DNA of 32,000 bases, taken from the sequence record CM065893.1; one strand, written 5' to 3'. The notes beneath the pieces are model-generated. The model did no database searches. It was not told the DNA's origin and worked only from the letters and a program-made list of their open reading frames with translations. A program made the translations under genes and the position numbers. Positions 19,124-31,180 of the stretch are shown here, one piece after another; the stretch's first letter is position 1; every line of letters begins with the position of its first letter.

Positions 19124-20503
19124 AAATAAGCTGCCTTACTTTCTAAGTGATTAGAAATACGAAATCTTACCATATGCGGGAAAATCTTAAAAACTTTAGT
19201 ACCATACATACTATTGTATGGTAACAATCTAAAGTATAGAATTATTTAATACATTATATACAATAGTAGTTGATAAAATGGTTTCATAGAAACCATTTTA
19301 TTTACAACCCTACAGGTTTTATTAAATGTCACAAAGTGAAATTTAATTAGGCAACCAACAAGTAATAATACTATTAAAAAAAATGAGAATAGACAATCCG
19401 CAGGAAAGACTAGTTATAAAATTTATTATAAAACACAAGTTTTATAATAAATGAAAACTTATAATTAGAATCCTCAGAGACTTAACGTAAGATTACTTGA
19501 AAAATATACTACATACATTTTTTAATATACATATTATTTTTATGGAAATTTCAAACGGTTGGGTAACTGGCTTTGTAGATGGTGATGGGTGCTTTAATAT
19601 TCAACAAATACATATTAAGAATAATAAAGTTTTAATTAGACATCGTTTCATTGTTAGTCAAGATTTACGATCTGTACATGTACTATATGCTTTAAAAAAA
19701 AAGTTTAAATGTGGTAGCGTACATAAAGCTGGTAATGCTATGATGGCATTTACAGTGACAGATAAAAAAAGCATAGAAAATATTATTATTCCTTTTTTTA
19801 TAAAAAATCCATTGCAAACAGAAAAAAGAAAAGATTTTTATAAATTTGTAGAAAGTGTAAAAAATACTACTAGTAAAAATTTAAATGTTGATTTAAACAA
19901 ACTACAACAACAAGAAAGTTTTTTACAACAACAACAAAATTCTTCTTTTTCAATAAATGATAACTGGTTTGCTGGATTTGTAGATGCTGAAGGATGTTTC
20001 TATATTTCAATTGTAAAAAATTATCCTAGACCACAATTAATAATTGGTGTTTCAGAAAAAGATAAAAATTTAATGATTTTTTTGCAGAAATATTTGCAAT
20101 GTGGACATATTAGAGTACGCAAAGATAATTTTGTTGTTTTTACAGTAAGCAGCAGTAGAGATTTCCAAGAAAAAATTTTTCCTAAGCTAATTACAAAAAC
20201 GAATAGAAGTTTACTTAAAACAATTAAACGAATTTCTTTTCAAAAATTCAGAAAAATTGTGTTGCTTATTCTAGAAAAAAAACATTTGCATGTTTCTAGT
20301 CATGAAACTATACTTAAATTAAAGCTTTTTATAAACAATTATTCATTAAAACATTTTAACTAAAAAAATTCCATAATATAACATAGAATTGTATTTTGTA
20401 TTTGTAGTAGATTTTATTCAAGTAAAAGATAAAGTCCGGTCTTTATGGAGACATAAAGCAGTATTTTTTTATTTTTTATATAAAAAAAGAAGTAACATAT
20501 ACA
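19124..20503 (+). mobile_element. group I intron (rnl intron 1), after the homolog of E. coli U1931
   Basis: Splits cctaaggt|agcgaaattc. P1: exon TAAGGT pairs with intron GCCTTA (19133-19138) with T-G at the splice site. P10: intron gct with exon agc. The last intron base then reads A, not G (see findings). Confidence 0.75.
19542..20363 (+). CDS. LAGLIDADG homing endonuclease (273 aa from ATG 19542; frame open from TTG 19497)
   Basis: Motifs NGWVTGFVDGDGCFNI and DNWFAGFVDAEGCFYI, joined by a Gln-rich linker (LQQQESFLQQQQN). Confidence 0.85.
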   Translation: MEISNGWVTGFVDGDGCFNIQQIHIKNNKVLIRHRFIVSQDLRSVHVLYALKKKFKCGSVHKAGNAMMAFTVTDKKSIENIIIPFFIKNPLQTEKRKDFYKFVESVKNTTSKNLNVDLNKLQQQESFLQQQQNSSFSINDNWFAGFVDAEGCFYISIVKNYPRPQLIIGVSEKDKNLMIFLQKYLQCGHIRVRKDNFVVFTVSSSRDFQEKIFPKLITKTNRSLLKTIKRISFQKFRKIVLLILEKKHLHVSSHETILKLKLFINNYSLKHFN

Positions 20504-20957
20504 AGCGAAATTCATTGACATCTAATTAGTGTCCTGCATGAATGGTGTAACGATTGCCCTGCTGTCTCAAATATAGACTCCGTGAAATTGAATTCTCCGT
20601 GAAGATGCGGAGTACCCAAAAGTAGACGGTAAGACCCTATGCACCTTTACTATAACCATACATTGGAAAAAAGTATAAAATATGTAGGATAGGTGGGAGC
20701 TATACATATTCTTTAGAATTTGATAGCAATCTTGAAATACCACTTTTTTTATATTTTCTTCCTAACCTTTAAATATAGGAACATTGTATGGTGGGTAGTT
20801 TGCTTGGGGCGAGCGCTTTAACTACATGGAGCCTTATCATGGTAACATGATTAGCAAATTTGGCTATATGCTGGAACATCCGTGCTTAACACAAAAGATC
20901 TTTTCTGTTACAATTTTTTGTTTAAAAGCTGCAGTATCCAAAAACATTATTTGAACA

Positions 20958-21200
20958 TCTGTCCGTTAATAAAGTAACTCGTAGAGCTGGACAGCTCTAC
21001 GAGTTACTTTGTTAACAAACAAAAATAATAAAAGTTTTTTGGTGCGGATAATCAGCAGGGAAGTTTATTTTATGTCTGTCTGTGTCCGTCTGTCGCCTGT
21101 CCGTCTGGACAGACGGACACGGACAGACGACAAGACAAACCTAAAATATAACCCCTCAACGACTACACGCCAAATATGCTTTGTCTGTTTGTCTAAATAG
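20958..21200. repeat. repeat cluster in rnl intron 2, upstream of its ORF
   Basis: Palindrome aaagtaactcgtagagct-ggac-agctctacgagttacttt (about 20971-21011), and gtctgtgtccgtctgtcgcctgtccgtctggacagacggacacggacagacg. Confidence 0.9.
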
Positions 21201-21330
21201 ATAATCATTAGATAAAGCATAGTGATATAGTCTGAACTTAACAGCGATGTTAAGAGTTGTTGTAGGTTTGTACACGTACAAACATAAAAACAACCTTTAT
21301 TTAAAATAAAGTAGTAAATACAATTTAAAA

Positions 21331-22032
21331 ATGTATACATCTTTAATTTTGGTAAATAAAAGTGAAAAACTTTGTGGTAGAAGTAAAAAATTGATTGAAA
21401 TTAAAAAAAATCTTACATTAAATTTGCTTCAAAAAAAAATATTACCTGGGATTCTTCTTGGAGATGCTTATTTATCTACTCAAGATAATGGCAAAACATA
21501 TCGTTTACATATTTACCAAAGTATAAAACATAAAGAATATGTTTTTCATTTATATGAAGTATTTAAAGAATGGTGTTTAAGTGAACCTAAAGTAATAGAG
21601 CGTACTTATACCAGTGGCGTGTATAAAGGAAAAAAAGCTACTATGATTAGCTTTAAAACTATCAATAGTGGCAGTTTTCGATTTTATGCACATAATTTTA
21701 TACATATTGAAAAAAATATAAAATTAACAAAAAAAGTGCCAAAACTTATTCATCGTTGGTTAACGCCTATAAGTTTAGCATATTGGTATATGGACGATGG
21801 AAGCATTAAAGATAAAAAAAGTAAAGCAGTTTACTTTAATACACAAGGATTTTCACTTAATGAAGTCAAACTTCTTTGTGAGATATTAAATAGTAAATTT
21901 CATTTAGTATGTAAACCTGTAAAAAAGAAAGATAAATATCAAATTTATATTTCTGCAAAAAGTTACGTTACTTTAAAAAATTTAATTTATAGTTATTTAA
22001 TAAAAGAAATGCTTTATAAATTTCCTTCTTAA
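21331..22032 (+). CDS. LAGLIDADG endonuclease, I-SceI-like subtype (233 aa)
   Basis: Motifs ILPGILLGDAYLS and SLAYWYMDDGSIK, then FNTQGFSLNEVKLLCEILNSKFHL. Paralogous to the ORF at 22890-23603. Confidence 0.8.
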   Translation: MYTSLILVNKSEKLCGRSKKLIEIKKNLTLNLLQKKILPGILLGDAYLSTQDNGKTYRLHIYQSIKHKEYVFHLYEVFKEWCLSEPKVIERTYTSGVYKGKKATMISFKTINSGSFRFYAHNFIHIEKNIKLTKKVPKLIHRWLTPISLAYWYMDDGSIKDKKSKAVYFNTQGFSLNEVKLLCEILNSKFHLVCKPVKKKDKYQIYISAKSYVTLKNLIYSYLIKEMLYKFPS

Positions 22033-22073
22033 CAAAAAGTTTATAAAATAACTTCATTGAAACCATTTTGTTT

Positions 22074-22316
22074 ACGTCTACCCCTTGGCATGTTTGTCTG
22101 TCGTCTGTCCGTTTGTCCAGACGGACACGGACAGACCCCTTGGCATGTTTGTCTGTCGTCTGTCCGTCTGGACAGACGGACACGGACAGACGGGGTAATA
22201 AAAAATACTATGTATTTTTTATAATCTCTGCAAGGCTCGTCTAAAATAAAAAAATCCTTTTTTTATTACCGGACACGGACAGACTAAAACGTCTGTACAT
22301 CTGTTTAGACGTACAC
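22074..22316. repeat. repeat cluster in rnl intron 2, downstream of its ORF
   Basis: Two tandem ccccttggcatgtttgtctgtcgtctgtccg... units, then ggtaataaaaaatactatgtattttttataatctctgcaaggctcgtctaaaataaaaaaa. Confidence 0.9.
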
Positions 22317-22470
22317 CCAAAAATGCAATAATAAAAATTCATTTTTAATTTTATATTTACAAAAATAAAGTAACAAAATTGCCTAAAAAGTAACGGAAGC
22401 GTGCGAAGGTAAGCTCAAACTGGTCGGAAATCAGTTGTAGAGCGTAATGGTACAAGCTTGCCTGACTGCG

Positions 22471-22503
<33 letters not shown>

Positions 22504-22623
22504 CATAGTGACCCGGGAGCACCACGTGGAAGGGCTCTCGCTCAACGGATCAAAGGTACGCTAGGGATAACAGGCTAATGACTCCCAAGAGCTCATATCG
22601 ACGGAGTCGTTTGGCACCTCGAT

Positions 22624-23683
22624 AACCATATTTGTCGAGTATAAAACGGGTGAATTGTCAAGAACCTCTTTATTAAAAATACGCACACATAAAGAAAACT
22701 TGCAGCGAAGTTCATTTCGACATTATTACTGTACGATTTACTTTGTTAACTAGAGTAATATGAAATGAAAACGTTCAACGACTAGAAAGTGAGTTATGTC
22801 AACAATAATCTTTCCACGAGCGCCCGTTAGCTTAGTTTTAAACTTTAAAACTTTTTGAAATTTTTATCTATTACAAAATAAATAAAATTATGAAAAAAAG
22901 TATTACTAATGTTAAAGATGGACATCATCTTAATTCAAAATACTGGCAAAATTATAAAAAAAGCTTACCTTTATTACCACAATATCTTTTTGATATTGCA
23001 ATAGGTATGATTTTAGGTGATGCCTCCATGTATAAGGTTAGTCGCGAAGCATACATAAAATTTGAGCAAGGTTACAAACAAAAAATCTTTTTAGATCATT
23101 TGTTTAGTATTTTTAAGACTTATACTTTCATGGAAAAACCAGGTAAGCGTCTTTATTTATCTGGTTTACAGAAAAGAGAAATTAAAAGTTTTTGGTTTAA
23201 AACTTTTTCACATGAAAGTTTTACAAAATTATTTAGTTTATTTTATGAACAAAAATTATATAATAATAAAATTCATAGAAAAAAGAAAATATCAGAAAAT
23301 CTAATATTAGATTATTTAACCCCTAAAGGGTTAGCATATTGGATAATGTGTGATGGTTCTTTACAAAATGATAAAAAAACTATTATATTACATACTCAAG
23401 GATTTAGTTTAAAAGAAAATTCCATTTTAAGTAATGAACTTAATATGAAGTTTAAATTAAATACAAAAGTAATTAAACATAAAAGCATATACTACGTAAT
23501 TCAAATTCCATCCCAAAATAGTTTATGTGTTTTTAACTTAATTAAAATTCATGTAATCAATTCTATGAAATATAAATTACCTTTTTTAAAAGTATGTATT
23601 TAAAACAAAGTTAAAGACATAGTCTGAGCTAGTTTGTGAAAACTAGAAGTTTAAGATAAAAAGCTTAAACGATAACATATCTG
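22624..23683 (+). mobile_element. group I intron (rnl intron 3), in the peptidyl-transferase centre after the homolog of E. coli U2504
   Basis: Splits ggcacctcgat|gtcgactcatcacatcc. P1: exon CTCGAT pairs with intron GTCGAG (22636-22641) with T-G wobble. Intron ends in G23683. Confidence 0.85.
22890..23603 (+). CDS. LAGLIDADG endonuclease, I-SceI-like subtype (237 aa)
   Basis: Motifs IAIGMILGDASMYK and GLAYWIMCDGSLQ, then LHTQGFSLKENSILSNELNMKFKL. C-terminal MKYKLP parallels MLYKFP in the 21331 ORF. Confidence 0.8.
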   Translation: MKKSITNVKDGHHLNSKYWQNYKKSLPLLPQYLFDIAIGMILGDASMYKVSREAYIKFEQGYKQKIFLDHLFSIFKTYTFMEKPGKRLYLSGLQKREIKSFWFKTFSHESFTKLFSLFYEQKLYNNKIHRKKKISENLILDYLTPKGLAYWIMCDGSLQNDKKTIILHTQGFSLKENSILSNELNMKFKLNTKVIKHKSIYYVIQIPSQNSLCVFNLIKIHVINSMKYKLPFLKVCI

Positions 23684-24124
23684 GTCGACTCATCACATCC
23701 TGGAGGTGAAGAAGCTTCCAAGGGTTCGGCTGTTCGCCGATGAAAGTGGTACGTGAGTTGGGTTTAGTGCGTTGAGAAACAGTACGGATCCTATCTTTTT
23801 TGGGTGTACATACTATACTAATTACATGTCTGTCCGTCTGGACAGCCAAACCTTAGTATAGAAAAAATTGAAAGAGCCATTCTCTTGTACGAGAGGACCG
23901 AGAATGATTAACCTCTGGTGTACCAGTTGTCATGCCAATGGCAAGGCTGGGTAGCTACGTTAAGATGAAATAACCGCTGAAAGCATCTTAAGCGGGAAGT
24001 TCTATCTTGAAACCAATTTTTAATATCGTGGAAGATTACCACGTTGATAGGCAACACGTGTACATATAGTAATATATAAGCTTAGTTGTACTAAAACACT
24101 GAATTTTTTTTATAGTAAAATGTC

Positions 24125-25214
24125 ATACGTCTGTAAATGTACAAACATACGTCACAGACGTATCAAGTTACCGGGCGGGGACGTCTACTAAAAAATTAAT
24201 GCCTGTATCTTTACAGACGTATGACGTGTAACAAGAACTTTTATTTTTTAGAGTGTTTGTCCGTCTGGACAAACGGACAAATACTACCTACACTTACATG
24301 TACGTCATATGTCTGTAAATGTACAGACACAGATGTGCTACTTAGTCTGTACGTGTTGTTTTTGTTTGTCTGATGCTACGCTGGACAAACAGAAAATAAA
24401 GAAACACAAACAAACAGCTTGCAGGCGTAGCTAAAGACGTTTAAACACAAAAAAAAAACTAAAAAAATTAAAACGAAGTTTGCTTTAGTTTGTCTGTCCA
24501 GACGGACAGACTTAAGCGGGGAAACTAAAAAAACCTATTAACGAATCGTAGAAAAACGTACACTCTACGATTCGTTAGTAGATTTTTTTAAGGAAAACGT
24601 CTGTGTTTCTTTGTTTTCTGTTTGTTCAGTGTAGCAGCAGACAAACAAGGATAAATAGGTACCGTTAATAAAAAAAAAATTTTTATTATTATTGAAACAT
24701 GTGTACGTTTAGCGTAGCGGCAGAGACGTGCGGTACGTTTGTATCTAAAAAGTAAAATTAAACATATACGTTTTTTCTTTGTCTGCCCGTCTAAACAGAC
24801 AAACAATTACAAGAAAAAAAACTTAAATTTAATTTTCTTAAGAAATTTTACTTTTTAATGAAAAACTAAATAAACTATTATTTCTGAATGTAATTATATC
24901 AAAATTAATAAAAATATTACTTTGTCTGTCCGTGTTTGCAGGGATTATAAAAAATACTATGTATTGTCCCGTTTGTCGTCTGTCCGTGTTTGTCTGTTTA
25001 GACGGACAGACGACAGACAAATACGGACCCCTTGGTTTGAAAAAACTTCGTTTTTTCTTAGGTAATAAAAAATACTATGTATTTTTTATAATCCCTGCAG
25101 ACGTTACCTAAAAAAAAACTCGTAGAGTTACTTCGTTACGAAGTTTTCGTCTGTCCGTCTAAACAGACAAACACAAAAGAAGTCTGTTTAGACGGACAGA
25201 CGACAGACGGACAG
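24125..25214. repeat. about 1.1 kb of repeat clusters immediately downstream of rnl
   Basis: acgtacag-type units, gtttgtccgtctggacaaacggac (24254-24277), agcgtagc units, and a C-A-B-C-D-B-A composite (24943-25214) homologous to 31434-31615. Confidence 0.9.
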
Positions 25215-25800
25215 TAAAACTATGTTTTTTATTTAAATATGAATTGACTGATGAAACATCGAAATCCATTAGTAATCGTGGTTTTAAAAATCGTTCTATA
25301 ATAAAAGAAAAATGGGATGTGTACTTTCAATTAGAATATTTTATATTTTTAGTACGCTGTCCGTCTGTCCAGACCTTTTAGCATTTTTGGGGCTCGTCCC
25401 TGCGGACAGACGCTAATTATATTAAATTAGTTTTACTGTAATCGTATTTTGGATTATTGTCCATAAGTATAGTTCATGCGTTGTTTTTTTTAAATAAAAA
25501 AACACAAAGTAATTTAATGTTTACTTGTATTGAAAAAATAAAAAAAATTTCCGCACTAAAAATTCTATATTTAGTTTTTTTGTTTATGTAAGCTTATTTG
25601 TACGTCCATATCTACTTTTAACTTGTTTTTAGAAATAAAAAAATTCTTATGTATTTTCAACAAATAATATAAAATTATATATTAAAATTTTTTGTCTTTT
25701 TTCTAATGATATATTTTTTGACATTTTTTCATAATTTTTTACAAATTTTTTACACTTTGAGACAGTTGAAACAAACTCATGAAAGTTAATTTCAAAATTA

Positions 25801-25948
25801 CTGTCCGTCTATCGTTTGTCTGTTTGGACAAACCCCTAAAAATGGCATGTTTGTCTGTCGTCTGTTTGTCTGGACAGACGGACACGGACAGACGGGGTAA
25901 TAAAAAATACATAGTATTTTTTATAATCCCTGCGGACACGGACAGACA
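25801..25948. repeat. dispersed-repeat cluster
   Basis: ctgtccgtctatcgtttgtctgtttggacaaacccctaaaaatggcatgtttgtctgtcgtctgtttgtctggacagacggacacggacagacggggtaataaaaaatacatagtattttttataatccctgcggacacggacagac. Confidence 0.9.
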
Positions 25949-26591
25949 TTAATCATACCAATAACATTTACAACACTAACCTGCGTAAATACTAAAATAA
26001 ACACTCGGGCTTCTGATTGGTAACCCTTTTTCATTACATTGCTAACAAGCATACCATAGAAATTCCAGTCATACAAATCAACTTTTTTTTCGTTTTCTTC
26101 AAAGCTTCTCCACCAACGAGTTTTTTTAATTCTTTAGATGAGTAAGCAAATAGCTGCTTTTTAATACAGTCTTACTTGTACGTCTGTACAAACGTATAGA
26201 CTCAAGTTGAGTAATTTTCTTTGCGATTCTATCATTTAATTATTGATTTCATATATCTTTTTTGTACGGCTGTAGTCTGTATAGACGTACAACTCGTAGA
26301 GTTTTTTACATTATTAATTATGCTTTTATACAGACGATACACTTTTGTACGTCTGTACGTTTGTAGGCACTTTAATTTTTTTAATAATTTTTTTACATAT
26401 CTCTTAGAAATATACCATGTCTCCCACGAAAAGTAGTACATATGGCAGAATTTGCTTTCACATATAATTGTATTTTATTTACTTCTAAATAAAATACAAT
26501 AATGTTATCGAGTTCTAAAAGGGCTCGGGTGGTTCACAAAATCCTATGAAAATATAAGAAATATTTAAAAACTAAAATAAACATAAATTTT

Positions 26592-26982
26592 GCATGTTTA
26601 GTCTGTACATTTAGCGTCGCAGCAGACATGCAATTTTTTGCAAAAAAAAAATTTGTATTTGTGTACGTCTACGTTTGCAGGGATTATAAAAAATACTATG
26701 TTATTGTCTTGTCTGTCGTTGTCCGTCTGTTTAAACGGACACAGACCCCTTGGTGTCCGTCTGTCCAGACGGACAGACAAAAACTTCGTAACGAAGTAAC
26801 TCGTAGAGTTTTTTCTTAAGTAACGTTTGTCCGTCTGGACAGACGGGACAATACTATGTATTTTTTATAATCCCTGCAGACGTTACCTAAGAAAAAACTT
26901 CGTAACGAAGTAACTCGTAGAGTTTTTTCAAACGAAGGGTCCGTCTGGACAGACGGACAATGCTACGCTAAACGTACAGACA
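26592..26982. repeat. dispersed-repeat cluster ending 18 nt from the trnfM 3' end
   Basis: E, C, A, B, D modules, e.g. tgcagggattataaaaaatactatgttattgtc..., ccccttggtgtccgtctgtccagacggacagacaaaaacttcgtaacgaagtaactcgtagagttttttctta, ggtccgtctggacagacggacaatgctacgctaaacgtacagac. Confidence 0.9.
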
Positions 26983-26999
26983 AAAAAGAGAAATTTTAT

Positions 27000-27073
27000 T
27001 AGCGGAGGCAGGATTCGAACCTACATACTTCAGATTATGAGCCTGACGAGATAACCATTTTCTCATCCCCGCA
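27000..27073 (-). tRNA. trnfM: initiator-type tRNA-fMet (anticodon CAU)
   Basis: Reverse complement TGCGGGG AT GAGA AAATGGTTA TCTC G TCAGG CTCATAA TCTGA AGTAT GTAGG TTCGAAT CCTGC CTCCGCT A. The 1:72 position is unpaired (T/T), as in bacterial-type initiators, and the sequence resembles plant mt trnfM as I recall it. Confidence 0.85.
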
Positions 27074-27110
27074 ACTTATATTTTAATTTTATTTTTAACT
27101 TAAATTAGTT

Positions 27111-27158
27111 TAATTGAATTTATTTTAATTGAATTTATTTTAATTGAATTTTTTAATT
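27111..27158. repeat. 15-bp AT-rich tandem repeat, about 3 copies
   Basis: taattgaatttattt taattgaatttattt taattgaatttttta, just upstream (minus sense) of trnfM. Confidence 0.9.
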
Positions 27159-27726
27159 ATACACGGGTATTACAGATTAAAGTTAAGCTTATACAATATA
27201 TGTATTTTGTAATTATGTTAATATATAGAATTAAATACTTAGATGTACGTTTGTCTCATGTTATTTTTAGGGGTCTGTTTAGACAAACACAAACACACAT
27301 AATCCCTGCAAACATGTACAGACTAAGCCGTATCTTTAATTTTTTTTAGTTTTATGTAAAGTATCAGTTTATATTGGTTAAGCTGTGTTTTAGATTGACT
27401 TTTTTATTTTTTTAATTTTTTTTTGTAAGTTTTAAAAAATTAAAATGGAGCTTAATTAAATCTCACATATTTGTCATTCTTAAAAATCTTCTTTTTTAAA
27501 TTCCTTGTGTAAAAAATATTTTAATTTGTTTTTCTACACATTATCAATATATCTAACGATAAGTATAATGAATGGAAATAAACAAATATTACGACTTATA
27601 TAGAAGGCAGTTTTATAATCTTTTTCTAAATAGAGTAGTAAAGCTATACAGAATAATACATTATATAAAATATATTTAAAACTACGGAATAAAAACATGA
27701 AAACATAAAAATAAAATTCCATACTA

Positions 27727-28389
27727 CTAGTCTTTTCGAAATATTTTAGTAAAACTGTCAAAGAGTTTTGTTGAAGTATCACTTTCTATAAGCTTAGTCA
27801 TAATACCTTTAGTTGGTTGATTGCCTATTTTTGATCCCTCACTGATAATTTTATCAAGGGTTTTTTTATCTATCTCTAAACCTGCATTTTTATAAGCTTC
27901 TACATTTCTTTTAATATGTTCATCAGATTTTCTTAGATTTTCATAAAAATTGTGCTCTTTTGTAGCTATTTCAGCTCCCGCGATGCCCACAAAAGGCCCG
28001 ACAGCTGCAGAAATTTTTATTAAAGCTCTAGATGTAGTATACTCGCCTAAATGTGATACTATGTAATCTCTTCCAATAAAATTTTCTAAAAGTTTTTTTG
28101 TGCTTGGAATCTTGACTAAGACATACCATTGAACTACCAAGCCAGCGATAAATAAAACAAAGACTATGCACCAAGCTTTTAAAACTCCATTTTTGTCACT
28201 AGATAAACCTGTCACGCCATAAAAGATACAAAAAATATAAAAGGCATATCCAGAATACGTTTCTGTAAAAATCCAAATTAGTTTTAATTGGAATTTTAGA
28301 TAATATTTAAAATAAAGTTTGTTTAAGTGTATATACTTATTAAAAATAAGTTTTATATAATAAAATAAATTGGTTAAAATTTTGTTCAT
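27727..28389 (-). CDS. orphan ORF, predicted membrane protein (220 aa)
   Basis: Longest non-intronic ORF I could not assign to any family. Two clear hydrophobic segments (YAFYIFCIFYGVTGL; AWCIVFVLFIAGLVVQWYVLV), a Gly/Ala-rich segment (AAVGPFVGIAGAEIA) and a K/E-rich C-terminus. Contains no dispersed repeats. Confidence 0.5.
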   Translation of the reverse strand: MNKILTNLFYYIKLIFNKYIHLNKLYFKYYLKFQLKLIWIFTETYSGYAFYIFCIFYGVTGLSSDKNGVLKAWCIVFVLFIAGLVVQWYVLVKIPSTKKLLENFIGRDYIVSHLGEYTTSRALIKISAAVGPFVGIAGAEIATKEHNFYENLRKSDEHIKRNVEAYKNAGLEIDKKTLDKIISEGSKIGNQPTKGIMTKLIESDTSTKLFDSFTKIFRKD

Positions 28390-28490
28390 ATTTTATATTT
28401 ATTTCTAAAATCATGAAAAAGTTGTAAATAGACTTACACGTAGTGTAATTTTATCAACTATAAAAGTCTTACCATTTTTTTCGACATCCT

Positions 28491-28770
28491 AGTCCGTCTG
28501 TCCAAACGGACAGACACTGATACTAGTTTACCAAAAACAAAAAAAAAGCAGAATTAGCGTCTGTCCGTGTCTGTCTGTGTCCGTCTAAACAGACCCCTAA
28601 AAATAGCATGTCCGTTTGTCGTCTGGGCAGAGACTCCTTGGTGTCCGTCTGTTTAGACAGACAAACAGACAAAAACTTCGTAACGAATCGTAGAGTTTTT
28701 TTTTAGGTAACGTTTGTTTAGACAAACAAACATAATCCCTGCAAACACGGACAGACACAGCCAAACACAG
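28491..28770. repeat. dispersed-repeat cluster between orf220 and the trnfM pseudogene
   Basis: agtccgtctgtccaaacggacagac; cgtctgtccgtgtctgtctgtgtccgtctaaacagacccctaaaaatagcatgtccgtttgtcgtctg; cttcgtaacgaatcgtagagttttttttaggtaacg. Confidence 0.9.
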
Positions 28771-28787
28771 AAATTTACCTTTTATAT

Positions 28788-28828
28788 TTCAGATTATAAG
28801 CCATAAACTCATTTTCTTATCTCTGCAA
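28788..28828 (-). pseudogene. decayed partial copy of trnfM (5' half; T arm and 3' acceptor missing)
   Basis: ttcagattataagcc...cattttcttatctctgcaa aligns with ttcagattatgagcc...cattttctcatccccgcaa of trnfM (27028-27073). An agaaattt flank is also shared. It cannot fold into a cloverleaf. Confidence 0.6.
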
Positions 28829-29237
28829 ATGAAAGCAAAAAATGAATTTTAAACACTTTTATAATTTTCTTGGATTAAAAAATTTTTATTAAAGCTAGAA
28901 ATAGTTTTTTTTAATAAGTAATATATACTTTATATGATCTAATTACGAATTATAAAAACTCAAAAATTTTTGTTGTTGTTTAAGTAAAAAACTAAAAAAT
29001 AATTTCTTAGAAAATTTAAACGTTTTAAATTTTTTCTAAGTTTTTATTTTTTAGCAGGAATTTTTAAAGTCCCCGTTGGCATGTGCCGTCTGTACAGAAC
29101 AGACGTGTAGACGGGGCTCGTGTATGTCTGTACAGACGTACAAACAGCTAAAAATGCTACTATATAAAATTTTCAATTTTTTTAGTAGAGTTAAACGTCT
29201 GTGTATTTTTTTTTATCATGCAGACCTACATATTTAA

Positions 29238-31099
<1,862 letters not shown>

Positions 31100-31180
31100 T
31101 TTTCTTACATTTTTAGGTTTATATATAAATAAAGCTTTATTACGCGTGTTACTATATAAAATGTATTTTTTATAGTTTTT

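Larger units (their letters stand above)
20819..22381 (+). mobile_element. group I intron (rnl intron 2), just 3' of the P-loop, about E. coli position 2262
   Basis: Splits ggggcgagcgctt|cctaaaaagtaacggaagcgtgcgaagg (cf E. coli GGGGCGGTCTCCT|CCTAAAGAGTAACGGAGGAGCACGAAGG). 5' exon ends in T and the intron ends in G22381. Short P1 (GCTT/GAGC). Two repeat clusters inside. Confidence 0.7.

Noticed and set aside
21009-22183. ORFs 21009-21200(+), 21065-21340(-), 21968-22183(-)
   Set aside because: Repeat clusters flanking the genuine LAGLIDADG ORF of rnl intron 2, with the same RRTRTDD / CPDGQTTD peptide artefacts.
22561-22580. Possible omega-type (E. coli 2449) intron because an I-SceI-like ORF is present
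   Set aside because: ctagggataacaggctaatg is contiguous here. The I-SceI-like ORFs reside in the introns at about 2262 and 2504 instead.
25266-25290. aaatccattagtaatcgtggtttt resembles the SSU block ggaatcactagtaatcgtggatcag (possible rns fragment)
   Set aside because: Only about 12 contiguous identical bases with no extended flanking similarity; compatible with chance.
25921-26133. 70-codon stop-free minus-strand frame (RIKKTRWWRSFEENEKKVDLYDWNFYGMLVSNVMKKGYQSEARVFIL…) in repeat-free unique sequence
   Set aside because: It has no start codon until late, runs into a repeat at its 3' end, and I recognise no family. It may be a gene relic, but I cannot support a call without a database search.
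24588-26819. ORFs 24588-24806(-), 24838-25020(-), 25739-25939(-), 26221-26436(+), 26232-26441(-), 26598-26780(-), 26628-26819(+)
   Set aside because: Repeat-derived or low-complexity AT-rich sequence. Several are mutually antisense pairs, and none shows a recognisable motif.
27534-27782. 82-aa hydrophobic ORF on the minus strand overlapping the 3' end of orf220
   Set aside because: Extremely AT-rich Phe/Leu/Ile/Tyr-type composition typical of spacer translation, overlapping the better-supported ORF. No motifs.
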